In this document: piece by piece, positions 8,245-17,843 of the stretch
How the letters are laid out: each line of letters begins with the position of its first letter
Position numbering within the stretch: position 1 is the stretch's first letter
Assembly: GCA_038237235.1 (NCBI GenBank)
Contig: JBBRYW010000002.1
Location: 12,998 to 76,997 of the forward strand
Length of the DNA stretch: 64,000 nt
Direction: 5' to 3'
DNA from: Gaiellales bacterium
GTDB lineage: Bacteria; Actinomycetota; Thermoleophilia; Gaiellales; Gaiellaceae
Translations under genes and position numbers: made by a program
The notes under the pieces: generated by a model
Databases searched by the model: none
Told to the model about the DNA's origin: nothing
The model's input: only the letters and a program-made list of their open reading frames with translations

Positions 8245-9492
8245 ATGACCGGGCGACGGCTAATGCAGGGTCTCATCGTCGCGGCGGCGGGGGCGATCGT
8301 GCTCGGCGCCGGCGGCGCGGCACGCGGAGCCTTCCCGGGCCAGAACGGGAGGATCGCGTACGTCATGGAGGTCGATGCCAACTGGGACGTCTACGTCATG
8401 AACGCCGACGGCAGCGGGCGGCGCCGGCTCACAAGCGAGCGCCTCGCCGACCTTTCCCCCTCGTGGTCCCCGGACGGCAGCAGGATCGCTTTCCGCAGTG
8501 ACCGGGCCGGGAACCCGGAGATCTTCGTCATGAACCCCGACGGGACGCACGTCGTGCGCCTGACGCATCGCAGCCTGGCCGACTCGCGGCCGACGTGGTC
8601 GCCGGACGGCGCCCGCATCGCCTACCAGCGGGGCACACTCGGAGGCACGGGGCTCGATCCTCGACGCACGGACGTGGCCGTGATGAACGCCGACGGAACA
8701 TCCCAGCGAGTGCTGACGAAGGGCCCGTACGACAACGTCAACCCGAGCTGGTCGCCGGACGGACGCCAGATCGTCTTCCGCACGAACCGGGACGGTGACT
8801 GGGAGATCTACCGCATGCGCGCCGACGGCACTCAGGTTCGCCGGCTGACAAGCTCGAAGTCCTTCGACACGCAGCCGAGCTGGTCGCCCGACGGAGCGAG
8901 GATCGCCTTCGCGAGCGACCGCGGCGAGAGTCGCGATTTCGATATCTACGTCATGAACACGAACGGAGGCGAAATTCGGCGCGTGACGACCGACCCGGGA
9001 GCAGACATCGAGCCCACCTGGTCCCCGAGCAGCGACCGGATCGCCTTCACGAGCGACCGGGGGGGCGCTGTCGACATTTACTCAACGGATCTGGCCGGTG
9101 GCGACGTCCGGCAGCTGACGCGCGGGGGCAGCGGCCTGAACCGCACCGCCGACTGGCAGACCTACTGCACGAGGCGCGGAACGGCGCATGGGGACGTGAT
9201 CCGCGGCACGCCGGGCCGTGACGTCATCTGCGGCCTCGGCGGCAACGATACGATCGACGGGCTGGGCGGAAACGACATCATCTTCGGCGGCGACGGCGCC
9301 GACCGCCTTTCCGGCGGCGCCGGAAACGACATCCTGACGGGACAGGCAGGTGCCGATCGGCTCTACGGCGGGCCAGGCGCAGACCTCGTCTCGGCTACGG
9401 ACGGCCGGCGGGGAAACGACCTGGCGAACGGCGGCCCCGGGCGCGACAACTGCGTCGCCGACCCGCGCGATCGCAAAATCGGCTGCCCGTAG
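8245..9492 (+). CDS. Secreted TolB-like beta-propeller protein with C-terminal RTX calcium-binding repeats
   Basis: The signal-like N-terminus is followed by about 7 PD40 repeats (WSPDG.RIAF.SDR.G..EI..MN.DG). Then come GGNDTIDGLGGNDIIFGGDGADRLSGGAGNDILTGQAGADRLYGGPGAD. The start was chosen at the ATG at 8245; 8206 is also possible. Confidence 0.8.
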   Translation: MTGRRLMQGLIVAAAGAIVLGAGGAARGAFPGQNGRIAYVMEVDANWDVYVMNADGSGRRRLTSERLADLSPSWSPDGSRIAFRSDRAGNPEIFVMNPDGTHVVRLTHRSLADSRPTWSPDGARIAYQRGTLGGTGLDPRRTDVAVMNADGTSQRVLTKGPYDNVNPSWSPDGRQIVFRTNRDGDWEIYRMRADGTQVRRLTSSKSFDTQPSWSPDGARIAFASDRGESRDFDIYVMNTNGGEIRRVTTDPGADIEPTWSPSSDRIAFTSDRGGAVDIYSTDLAGGDVRQLTRGGSGLNRTADWQTYCTRRGTAHGDVIRGTPGRDVICGLGGNDTIDGLGGNDIIFGGDGADRLSGGAGNDILTGQAGADRLYGGPGADLVSATDGRRGNDLANGGPGRDNCVADPRDRKIGCP

Positions 9493-9521
9493 GCGGACCG
9501 GGCGAGGCTTGGAGTGCGGGT

Positions 9522-11036
9522 CTACTTGGTGACGCGGGCCTGGTAGTCGAAGCGGCGGTTGTCGTCGATGGGCGTGCCCTCACACGAGAGGCGCGTGCGG
9601 CTTCGGCAGTGAAAGCGCTGGCTCGCGTTGGTCAGGACGAGGATCACCTTGGAGACGGCCCCCCGCCCGAACGGCACGCTCACCGTCGCGTTTCCGCCGA
9701 CGTCGAGCTGCAGCCGCTTGGCATCGAGCTTCCCCGAGCGCTCGAAGGTCAGGAGCGTGGCTTCCGAGCCCTCGGTCACCGGCGGCAAGTCGAGGGTGAC
9801 CGCCAGAGTCGCGTTCGTCTTGAGCCCCGCCCCCGGGACGAGGGCGACGTGCCGATTGGTCAGGTGGTCGAGCGTGAGCTTCTGCGGCCCCGTCTGCATG
9901 CGCTGCGCGGAGAGGGCGAAGGTACGGTCGAGCGGCGAGGCGGGGTAGTTCGCGCCCTCCTGATAGAACGAGCGCGGGGCTGAATTGACTACGCCGAAGG
10001 CGGCGAAAGCGGCACGGAGGCTCGACCCCTTCTCCCGGGCGACAGCGTCGGCCGCTGACAGCGAGTACAGGTCGGGCGCGCCGGCGCTCGCGTCGGCGAA
10101 CTCCCACACGCGCCGGATCACCGTGGGATCGCGCGGCTTCTCAGCCGGCGAGAACAACTCCTCGAAGAAGCGCCAGAAGATCCAGGCGCCATACTGGTAC
10201 AGCTTGCCGGGGGTGTAGTAGTCGACGGGAACTTCCGGATGGACGAGCGGACTGTCGAGCAGGTAGGCGTAGCCCTCGTTGATCGAGTTGTAGACCTCGT
10301 CCTCCATCCAGACCGCCGTGCCCTCGAGCAGCCAGGTGTCGTCCGTGAAGTCGTATCCGAACTGGACCGCGTGGAAGAACTCGTGCGCGACCGTCAGCTC
10401 CAGCTCGACCTTGCCCCCGTAGGAAGGCGGGCCGACCTGCGCGAGCGAGTAGTCGTTGTCGAGCACGCAGTAGCCCGACGAGTCGAACGTCTGGGTGAAC
10501 GGCTCCGGCGCGCAGTAGCCCAGAACGTCGTTGGCGATGTCCTTGAGGTAGACGTCCAGGCGGCCGTCAGGCCCGTGGTCGGGAACGGCGAGGTCGGACT
10601 TCGGAGGTCGGAAGCCGAACTCGACGATCTCCTTCTGCCAGACCTCCTGCAGCACCGCCATCGTCGTCTCCACCCAATCGGGCCTCCCGTTCCCGTTCGC
10701 GTCGCGCGGGGGCGGCGCGTCCGGGCCCTTGGAATCCCAGTGCAGGCAGACGACGGTGCACCAGACCTGGTCGGTGAGCCCGGGGCGCGCCAGCAGAGCG
10801 CTCGCCCGCCGCGCGTCTCCCGCCGACAGCTCGCGGCGGTACTCGGCGAGGTCGCGCAGTGCGAGCGTGGCGTCTCGCCCGTTCGCATGCGGCGCGAACG
10901 CAGCGCGGGCGGCTGAGAGGGCGTGCGCCGCGCGGGCGGAGCTCGCCCGCGTGCCGGTCGCACCGGCCGAGCCCGCAGCGCAGAGCGCGAGAGCGCAAAC
11001 GAGGATCGGCGCGACCCGAGCGAGGAGCATGCGCAC
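9522..11036 (-). CDS. Secreted putative zinc metalloprotease (HExxH)
   Basis: 504 aa with a signal peptide (MRMLLARVAPILVCALALCAAGSAGA), the motif TVAHEFFHAVQFGYD and a C-terminal beta-rich region. Confidence 0.7.
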   Translation of the reverse strand: MRMLLARVAPILVCALALCAAGSAGATGTRASSARAAHALSAARAAFAPHANGRDATLALRDLAEYRRELSAGDARRASALLARPGLTDQVWCTVVCLHWDSKGPDAPPPRDANGNGRPDWVETTMAVLQEVWQKEIVEFGFRPPKSDLAVPDHGPDGRLDVYLKDIANDVLGYCAPEPFTQTFDSSGYCVLDNDYSLAQVGPPSYGGKVELELTVAHEFFHAVQFGYDFTDDTWLLEGTAVWMEDEVYNSINEGYAYLLDSPLVHPEVPVDYYTPGKLYQYGAWIFWRFFEELFSPAEKPRDPTVIRRVWEFADASAGAPDLYSLSAADAVAREKGSSLRAAFAAFGVVNSAPRSFYQEGANYPASPLDRTFALSAQRMQTGPQKLTLDHLTNRHVALVPGAGLKTNATLAVTLDLPPVTEGSEATLLTFERSGKLDAKRLQLDVGGNATVSVPFGRGAVSKVILVLTNASQRFHCRSRTRLSCEGTPIDDNRRFDYQARVTK

Positions 11037-11097
11037 GGATCGAGGATAGCGGCCCCCCGAAGAGACCAGCCTCGCGCGTCCGGGTAAGCTCGCCGGC

Positions 11098-12228
11098 GTG
11101 CCGAGTGCGCTCGTCGTCGGGGCCGGGGTGTTCGGTGTCTCCCTGGCGCACCGCCTCGCACTGAGAGGGTGGAACGTCGACCTTGTCGACCGCTATCCGC
11201 CCGGCCACGTTCGCGCCGCCTCCGGCGGCGAATCCCGGCTGATCCGATACGGGCACGGCACCGACGAGTGGTACACGCGGTCGGCTTGGCGCGCCCGTCA
11301 GCTGTGGCGTGAGATCGAGCAGCAGGCCGGGGTCGAGCTGCTCGTGCAAGTTGGAATGTTGTGGTTCGCCCACGCCGAGAACGGCTGGGAGGCCGAGAGC
11401 GAGCGCGTGCTGCGGCAGCAGCGCATCCCGGTCGAGCGGCTCCCGCCGGATGCTGCCCGCGGCTTCTTTCCGGACGTTAGCGCGGAGGATCTTTCCTTCG
11501 TGCTGCACGAGCCGGAGGCCGGAGTGCTCCGCGCCCGCGAGGCGGTCAGGGCCACGTACCGGCTCGCGCTCGCTGCCGGGGTCAGTTTCATTCCGGGTGG
11601 TGCAGAGCCGGCCGGCTCCGACGCGCTCGTTGACGGTCGGCGGCGCTCGGCCGACCTGATCGTCTGGGCGTGCGGCGCGTGGCTGCCCAGCCTGTACCCG
11701 AACCTGGTCTCGATCCGCGTCACCAAGCAGGATGTCTTCTTTTTCGGCGCGCCGATCGCATGGGAGACGCCACCTCGGCCGGCGTGGGTCGACTACGACG
11801 CCGCCTTCTACGGCCTCGGCGACCTCGACGGTCGCGGGGTCAAGGCGGCGCATGACCTGGAGGGGCCCGACTTCGATCCGGAGGCGGAGCCGCGAGTCGC
11901 GTCGGCTGCAGGCGAGAGCGCCGCTCGCGGCTACCTCGAGGGCCGCTTCCCCTCGCTGGCCGGGACCCCGCTCATCGGCTCGCGCACCTGTCCGTACGCG
12001 CTCACGCCCGACACCCATTTCCTGCTCGCCCCGCACCCCGAGCACGACCGCGTGTGGCTCTTCGGCGGCGGCTCGGGCCATGGGTTCAAGCACGGGCCAG
12101 CGCTCGCGGAGTATGCCGCCGACGTGCTCGAGGGCTCGCAGCCGCTCGAGCCGCGCTTCGCCCTAGGCCCGAGAGCCCTGGGCCGGAGTCTCCGGACGGC
12201 GGGGATCAGCTCTTCGCCTCACGATTGA
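11098..12228 (+). CDS. FAD-dependent oxidoreductase (DAO/sarcosine-oxidase-like)
   Basis: 376 aa with an N-terminal VVGAGVFGVSLAHRLALRGWNVDLVDR dinucleotide-binding motif and a C-terminal GGGSGHGFKHGPA. Confidence 0.85.
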   Translation: MPSALVVGAGVFGVSLAHRLALRGWNVDLVDRYPPGHVRAASGGESRLIRYGHGTDEWYTRSAWRARQLWREIEQQAGVELLVQVGMLWFAHAENGWEAESERVLRQQRIPVERLPPDAARGFFPDVSAEDLSFVLHEPEAGVLRAREAVRATYRLALAAGVSFIPGGAEPAGSDALVDGRRRSADLIVWACGAWLPSLYPNLVSIRVTKQDVFFFGAPIAWETPPRPAWVDYDAAFYGLGDLDGRGVKAAHDLEGPDFDPEAEPRVASAAGESAARGYLEGRFPSLAGTPLIGSRTCPYALTPDTHFLLAPHPEHDRVWLFGGGSGHGFKHGPALAEYAADVLEGSQPLEPRFALGPRALGRSLRTAGISSSPHD

Positions 12229-12258
12229 CGCGGCGCGGGCGCGGGTAAGAAAGCGGCC

Positions 12259-12459
12259 ATGATCGGAACACGAATCGGGCTTGCCGCGACCGGCCACGGC
12301 TGGCGCGAGAAGGCGGCCGACTGGCTTACTGACCCACTCGCGCGGCAACTCCCGCTGTCGGCCGAGCAGGTGAGAGCGCTTCTCGGTCTGCTCTTCGTCG
12401 CCAGCTCGGCTACCTACCTTGCGCGCACCGCGCGACGAGCAAGCAGAGGGAAGGCGTAG
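12259..12459 (+). CDS. Small hypothetical protein
   Basis: 66-aa ORF with one hydrophobic helix (LLGLLFVASSATYL). It abuts the tRNA-Cys. There is no other support. Confidence 0.3.
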   Translation: MIGTRIGLAATGHGWREKAADWLTDPLARQLPLSAEQVRALLGLLFVASSATYLARTARRASRGKA

Positions 12460-12530
12460 AGGCGCGGACCGGAGTCGAACCGGTGTGCGAGGCTTTGCAG
12501 GCCTCTGCCTAACCACTCGGCCACCGCGCC
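12460..12530 (-). tRNA. tRNA-Cys (anticodon GCA)
   Basis: The reverse complement is GGCGCGG-TG-GCC..GGC-A-GAGGC-CTGCAAA-GCCTC-GCAC-ACCGG-TTCGACT-CCGGT-CCGCGCC-T. The cloverleaf is complete and CCA is not encoded. Confidence 0.9.
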
Positions 12531-12583
12531 GTCGAGCCCCGTCATCGTATCGGCGGGCCCCGTACGCCCTCGCCTCGGGCCCG

Positions 12584-13210
12584 TCACGCTCGGCGCACAC
12601 GTACATCCCCGGCCGCGACGTCGATCAGGCCGACTGCGAGGATGACCGATGCGGCTTCGAGCGGCGCGCGGGCGCCCAGGCCGGAGACGGCGAATCCCGC
12701 TCCGAGGGAGCCGGCTCCGATTCCGAGCGCCTCGGCAGTCGTGACCCAGGTCATGGCCTCGACTCCCGCGTCCGGCGCCACCCCGTCGATCAACTCGAAG
12801 AGGGAGATCGTCGCTGGCCCGAAGCCGGCGCCCGCGAGCAGCGCGGCTCCCGCGAGGAGCAGGAGCGGCGGCGCGAGCGGAACCACGGTGAGGCCCCCGA
12901 CGAGCCCGGCCGATGCAAGCCGGTAGCGTCGCCACGGGCTTGCCTCCACTCCCGCCGCGCGAAGAGCACGGCGCTCGCCGCGCTACCGAGCCCGAAGGCG
13001 CCGAGCAGGACGCCGCTCAGCCCACGAGCCTCGTTCGCAATCGCCTCCGCCGGCAAACCGACCTCGATCAGGCCGAGCGCGCCCCCGAGTAGAACCGAGA
13101 GTCCGAGCAACTCGCGAAAGAGACGGCGGCGCAGCAGCGCAGGCGCCGGCTGGTCCTCCCGCCTCGCGGGAGCGACGACTACCCTGCTCGCGCTCACGGC
13201 GGGCCTCCTC
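12584..13210 (-). pseudogene. C-terminal half of an MFS transporter, frameshifted near 12950
   Basis: LFRELLGLSVLLGGALGLIEVGLPA...GVLLGAFGLGSAASAVLFARR lies in one frame. RLASAGLVGGLTVVPLAPPLLLLAGAALLAGAGFGPA... lies in another. No N-terminal six-helix half is present. Confidence 0.5.
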
Positions 13211-13259
13211 GTTCTCGCGGTGCACGGCATTCGCCCGCGCCTCTCCAGATCTCGAAGAC

Positions 13260-13985
13260 TCATCGGGCCTGGCGGCTGTAGTCGGCGAGCACCTCCTCGA
13301 TGACGTGTCGGGCGCTCAGCCGCCATCCGAAGCGGAGGCTGGCGAGGTCTGCCTGGGCGCCGTTCGCCTTCGGGGCCTGGACGAGCGTGATGAGCGCCTT
13401 CCAGAGCGCCCAGCCACGGCCACGCGCCCAGGTCGCATCGTCCACGGGAAGCCGGTCCCGGAACGCCTCTCGGCTGTCGCCGAAGAAGAACGTCCACGCG
13501 ACGGTCAGGTCGCAGGCCGGGTCGCCTACTCCCGAGCATCCGAAGTCGATGACGGCACTCAGGCGGCCGTCGACGACGAGCAGGTTGGCGGCAGTGACGT
13601 CTCCGTGGATCCACACCGAGGGGCCGTGCCATGTCGATGCGAGGGCTACTTCCCACACCTCGGTCGCAGCGTCCTTGTCGATCTCCGCCTTCAGGCGAGA
13701 GATCGCCTCTCTCACCTCGCTGTCGTAGGTGGGTAGCTCGCGCGCGACGAGGTGCTGACCTTCGAGGCGGCCCTCCACGAAAGAAGTTGTGCTTGCCGGG
13801 CTCCGTACCGCCTGCGGGATCGACTTTGTAGAGGGCGGCGAGGAAGTCGGCCATGTCGGTCGCGAACCGGTCGAGATCCCCGACTCGATCCGTCGTCGCG
13901 TGCTCGCCCGCGAGCCACTGGTATACGGACCACGGCCTCGGGAACCCGCTCCCGGGGTTCCTGCCCGACCCGCCGCCGTCGCTTC
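13260..13985 (-). pseudogene. Aminoglycoside/phosphotransferase (APH) family gene, 5'-truncated and frameshifted
   Basis: FPRPWSVYQWLAGEHA...MADFLAALYKVDPAGGTEPGKHNFFRGG is in one frame. LPTYDSEVREAI...WIHGDVTAANLLV...IDFG is in the next, with the shift near 13770. An in-frame TGA near 13990 cuts the gene and the ATP-binding N-lobe is absent. Confidence 0.6.
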
Positions 13986-14004
13986 AAAGCGAGGAGTGGG
14001 TTGA

Positions 14005-14741
14005 CGCGTTACCAGATCAAGGCTTACGGCGCAGCGAATAGCAGCTTGCGCAGCGGCGACGAGACGAACGTCGCCAGGTTTTGGTCCGCGAACGTCGTCC
14101 GCCAGTACAACCGGGTCGGACGCGACATCGCCGGCGCGCGCAGTGCCGGCTCGCTCGAGACGGCGCGGCTACTGGCGATGGTCAATGTCATCGGCGCCGA
14201 TGCGCTGATGTCGGGCTTGCACGCCAAGTATCACTTCCTGTTCTGGCGGCCGGTCACGGCGATCGACCCGGCCGCCGTCACCGCGGACGGCTTCGGCCCG
14301 GTACCGGGCTACAACGACGGTAAGCCGGCCACGGCGGAGCAGACGGGCTGGCGGCCGCTCCTGCCGACGCCCAACCATCCGGAATACCCGGCTGCACACG
14401 GCGTCATCACGTCGGCGATGGCCGAGGTGTTCAGCACCTTCCTCGGCACCAACCAGATCGACCTGGACATCCACGGCTTCGAGCCCGCCGGGCCGGCTGG
14501 AAACCTGAACGCGGCGCGGCACTTCAACATGCCCAACGACCTTCTCCAAGAGATCATCGACGCCCGACTCTGGGCAGGGCTGCACTACCGCTTCTCGAGC
14601 GTCGCCGGTGTCGTCCTCGGTCGGAACGTCGCGAAGTACGACCTCAGGCACGCCTTCCACAGCCGGAACGGTGTAGGACGCACCCGTGGGCGCGCCCACA
14701 TGGGCGCGCCCCGATGCCCGACACTCGATTCCACGCTCTGA
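14005..14741 (+). pseudogene. PAP2/vanadium-haloperoxidase-like protein, 5'-truncated
   Basis: ARFWSANVV...HFLFWRPVTAI...NHPEYPAAHG...ARLWAGLHYRFS are the acid phosphatase/haloperoxidase motifs. The expected N-terminal 150 aa or more are missing and no start is present. Confidence 0.55.
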
Positions 14742-14762
14742 ACGTCGACCTCGGGACGGCAG

Positions 14763-14975
14763 ATGACCTCTTCCACGTGGGCCGCATCGTTCGAGGCAGC
14801 AGACATCTCGGCTATGCAGATCTACGAAGACGTGCTCGTGCCGAGGCTCTTCACGCCCTGGGCCCGGCTGCTCCTCGACCGTCTCGACCTAGGGCCGGGT
14901 GAGGCGGTTCTCGACGTTGCGTGCGGACCCGGGTCCGTGACCCGCCTTGCCGCGATCGAAGTCGGCCGTTGCGGC
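14763..14975 (+). pseudogene. N-terminal fragment of a class I SAM-dependent methyltransferase
   Basis: YEDVLVPRLFTPWARLLLDRLDLGPGEAVLDVACGPGSVTRLAA contains motif I. The sequence then degenerates into Arg/Ser-rich text with no post-I motifs. Confidence 0.45.
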
Positions 14976-15280
14976 CGGCGGTCGACGACGCGTTACATGC
15001 CGAGGCCGTCGCGCACCTCGCCTTCGCCCGCCGCGCTCCCTACGCAGCGACGAGAGCAGCTCGTCCTTGCGCTCGAACGAAGGCTCGCGGGCGCGTAGGA
15101 TGTCGCGGTTCTCAAGCGCACGGCCACGCTGTGTTGCCTAGCTCGACACCATCCCGACTACACGCGTACTACACTGGCTGTGCGGGGTGGCAGTCGGTCG
15201 TAGCCGGTTCGCTCGGCGGCGAAACGCCCGCTCCAGCGGGTAATTCCGGGTCGCAGCCGGCTGTAGCGGTTGAGCTTGTA

Positions 15281-15327
15281 TCGGTCTGTCACGCCGGAGG
15301 TCGCGGGTTCGAGTCCCCTCGCTCCCG
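15281..15327 (+). other. tRNA-Asp-like 3' fragment (anticodon arm to acceptor end), not a complete tRNA
   Basis: TCGGT-CTGTCAC-GCCGG-AGGTC-GCGGG-TTCGAGT-CCCCT-CGCTCCC-G. There is no complementary 5' acceptor strand or proper D-arm upstream, and the T-stem has one mismatch. Confidence 0.35.
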
Positions 15328-15645
15328 GAAAGTCCCTGCAAATTTGCTTGTTGTGTTGTTGTGCTGTCGCTTCAGACGCCAGATCGGAGCCGACCACACC
15401 GACTGTCGATCGAGGCAACCCGAAGACGATTTCACAGCCGAATTCGCCCGAGCCGACGGCGACCTCGAAGCGCAACGTGGTCCCGTTGTCGACGCAGGCA
15501 CCACCTCCGCCACACACCTGCCACACGCCCTCTGCCGCGCGGCAGCCCGGTCAGAGCCAGTTCGGTTCGGCAGCGAAACGCCGGCTGTTGCCGGTAGCCA
15601 GCACCACGGCGCTGGGACAAGTCTTGGGACAAAGTTGCGTTTCTA

Positions 15646-15663
15646 GTTCTCAAAATTGAGAAC
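15646..15663 (-). terminator. 7-bp hairpin just beyond the leftmost tRNA-Gly 3' repeat
   Basis: gttctca-aaat-tgagaac is AT-rich relative to its surroundings. It is positioned as a terminator downstream of the (-)-strand tRNA 3' end. Confidence 0.35.
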
Positions 15664-15689
15664 TGAACAGCTTGGTTTGCAGGTCTTTT

Positions 15690-15733
15690 AGAGCGGATGA
15701 AGGGACTCGAACCCTCAACCTTCTGCATGGCAA
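15690..15733 (-). repeat. att-type direct repeat 1: copy of the 3' 44 bp of tRNA-Gly(GCC), one mismatch
   Basis: agagcggatgaagggactcgaaccctcAaccttctgcatggcaa. It is identical to 41542-41585 and 59962-60005 except for A at 15717. Confidence 0.85.
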
Positions 15734-15986
15734 CTCGTCCGGGGCCAGTCGGATTGACGCTACAGCCGCATGGTTGGGCCACTGTTCGTTCAGATACGTC
15801 AGGCTAGATCTGCCTATGCGGGGACAAAGTTCGGGACAAATTACGTTAGCTCCTCTGGCAACTGAGATTCTTGCCGCCTGCGCTGTCGGGGAGCCCGTAC
15901 GCCCCAGTGAAGCGCCCTCGACTCCGGTATCAAGGGCGCCGTGACGGAAGGAGGCGTCGAGTCGCGCCAAGGCCTGGCGGGCTCGT

Positions 15987-17222
15987 TCACACCGGGACCG
16001 CGGCCTCGCGCAGTAGCGCCTCTCTCACCCACTGTTCGTCCGGCTGGCCGGTAATGCCAAGGTCGGTTTTGAAGACGCGGCATGAGAGGGCGAAGTCGTC
16101 ACGCTGGTCGGTTTGCGGGTCGACGTCGACGCCGCCGATACGGATCGTCGGCGAGCCGAGGAAGCGCAGCTCCTGCGCCTTCCTCTGATCCGAGACGTTG
16201 ACGAGCTCGATCCGCGGCTCGATCTCGAGCTCGGCACTCACGCGCTCGACGAGTGCGATTGCAGGATAGTGATTCGGGCAGCCGTCGAAGTAAAGGATCT
16301 CGACGAGCGGGCCGCCGCGTTTCGAGCTGGCGGCCTCTGTTACGAGATCGGCTGGTGGGCAGCAGTCGTGGCTCAAGGCATTCTCCTCGTTCGTGTCGGG
16401 GTTCGTAGTTGCGACTCGCGCATGACCAGACGCGATGGCATGACGACGGCGGGCGGAGCGGTCAGATGCGAGCGCCGCTGCTGCGACGATCGCTGTCGCT
16501 GCGACGGCGATCGCCGATCGGACGGCGAGGCTCTGTTCGCTGTGTCCGAGGCTCACGGCCGCCAGGCCGATTTCGCGGGCCAACAGAACGACGGCAGCGG
16601 CGAGCACGACAGCGCCGGCGAGCCGCGGGACGATGCGAATGATCGGTCGCAGCCGCTGTGCTCCTTCACCGGTGATCGCGGCGGCGAGCGCGACGAGCGC
16701 GAGTACCGTTCCCATCCCGAGTGCGAAGCCGACGAAGCCGCCGATGCGGGTCAGCCACGGCTCGCCGGCCGCGATGCCGAGCGTGAGGATGAAGACCGGC
16801 AGCACGCATGACAGCGAGCCGAGCGCGTAGGCGACACCGAAGCCGAAGACGGTCGAGACGCCGCTGCCAGTGCTCACACGACGGCCGACGTTGATGCCCG
16901 GCGCGTGTCCGGCGGCGAGAAGCACCGTCCCCAGCCAGGCAAGGACGAGCGCAATCAGCATCCCGGCGATCGGCAGATACTGGCCAAGCGCGGAAAAGCC
17001 GAGGCTGAACACGACACCGGCGATGCCGAAGACGGCAAGAAACGCCAGCGTCGCGACGCCTCCCGCCTTGAGCGCGCGCAGCAGGCGCGCCAGCAGGTCG
17101 TCGCCTGAGCCTTCCCCTGTGACGAGCACGGCCGCCCAGCCTGGAAGGAGCGCGAAGCCACAGGGATTGAATGCTGCCAGAGCCCCCGCTGAGAAGGCGA
17201 CGGAAACCGCGCCGCCGCTCAC
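15987..17222 (-). CDS. CcdA/DsbD-type thiol-disulfide transporter fused to a C-terminal thioredoxin-fold (GCPNH) domain
   Basis: 411 aa with TM cysteines in FNPCGFALLP and GSLSCVLPVF. The C-terminal domain is ILYFDGCPNH...FLGSPTIRIGGVD. Confidence 0.7.
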   Translation of the reverse strand: MSGGAVSVAFSAGALAAFNPCGFALLPGWAAVLVTGEGSGDDLLARLLRALKAGGVATLAFLAVFGIAGVVFSLGFSALGQYLPIAGMLIALVLAWLGTVLLAAGHAPGINVGRRVSTGSGVSTVFGFGVAYALGSLSCVLPVFILTLGIAAGEPWLTRIGGFVGFALGMGTVLALVALAAAITGEGAQRLRPIIRIVPRLAGAVVLAAAVVLLAREIGLAAVSLGHSEQSLAVRSAIAVAATAIVAAAALASDRSARRRHAIASGHARVATTNPDTNEENALSHDCCPPADLVTEAASSKRGGPLVEILYFDGCPNHYPAIALVERVSAELEIEPRIELVNVSDQRKAQELRFLGSPTIRIGGVDVDPQTDQRDDFALSCRVFKTDLGITGQPDEQWVREALLREAAVPV

Positions 17223-17830
17223 GACCGGTTGAGAGCGCTCCTGATTTGGTCGGTGCTCAAGCCGATCCCGTGACCGACCTCGCGCCCGCGGGCGTCGAAG
17301 ATCAGATAGCTTTCGATCTGGCGGATGCCGAAGGCGGCGGCGGTGCGCTGGCCTGGGTCGGCCGCGTAGAGAATGCCGTTGCCCGCATGCACGTCATGGC
17401 CGAACGCAGCCAGGCTGGTCGCTGCCGCTACCGGATTCCTGCCCGGCGGCACGTTGAGGTTGATCGCGACGGTGCGAACCCCGTTCTTGCGGAGCGCAGC
17501 CAGCGTGTGAAGCGTGTTCACGCAGCTCGTGCAGTCCTCGATCACGAAGGCTGCGACCGTCGGTTGGCCGACGAGGTCTCGACTGCTGAAGGACGCTCCG
17601 TTCGCGAGCACCGTGCGGAAGCGGCCCGACGCTTGGAGCGCGGCGACCGGCGTCTGCGCTTTCTCGACCTTGCCGCGTCCGCCGAAAGCGACGACGGCGA
17701 CGACGGCGGCCGCACCGAGAGCCAAAGCGATGATCGCGACAGAGAGCAGACGCCGCCGATTCGTGGTCGAGCCGGTTACCTTCTCCGCGATCCCCTGCTG
17801 CTGCTCGCGGCGGCTCTTCTTTGCACTCAT
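17219..17830 (-). CDS. Membrane-anchored TlpA/ResA-like thioredoxin-fold protein (CTSC)
   Basis: Start at the ATG at 17830 (MSAKKSRREQ...), one TM helix, then FVIEDCTSCVNTLHTL. It overlaps the downstream gene by 4 nt. Confidence 0.7.
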   Translation of the reverse strand: MSAKKSRREQQQGIAEKVTGSTTNRRRLLSVAIIALALGAAAVVAVVAFGGRGKVEKAQTPVAALQASGRFRTVLANGASFSSRDLVGQPTVAAFVIEDCTSCVNTLHTLAALRKNGVRTVAINLNVPPGRNPVAAATSLAAFGHDVHAGNGILYAADPGQRTAAAFGIRQIESYLIFDARGREVGHGIGLSTDQIRSALNRS

Positions 17831-17843
17831 CGCGAACCCTCCC

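Noticed and set aside
10567-12093. 508-aa minus-strand ORF spanning the protease/oxidoreductase intergenic region
   Set aside because: It is antisense or out of frame to two well-supported genes (9522-11036 and 11098-12228). The text is Arg/Pro/Gly-rich with no domain signatures.
15255-15327. Complete tRNA-Asp gene on the plus strand
   Set aside because: Only the anticodon arm, the T-arm (with a C-C mismatch) and the 3' acceptor strand are present. No complementary 5' acceptor strand (GGGAGCG) or D-arm can be formed, so it is listed only as a fragment.
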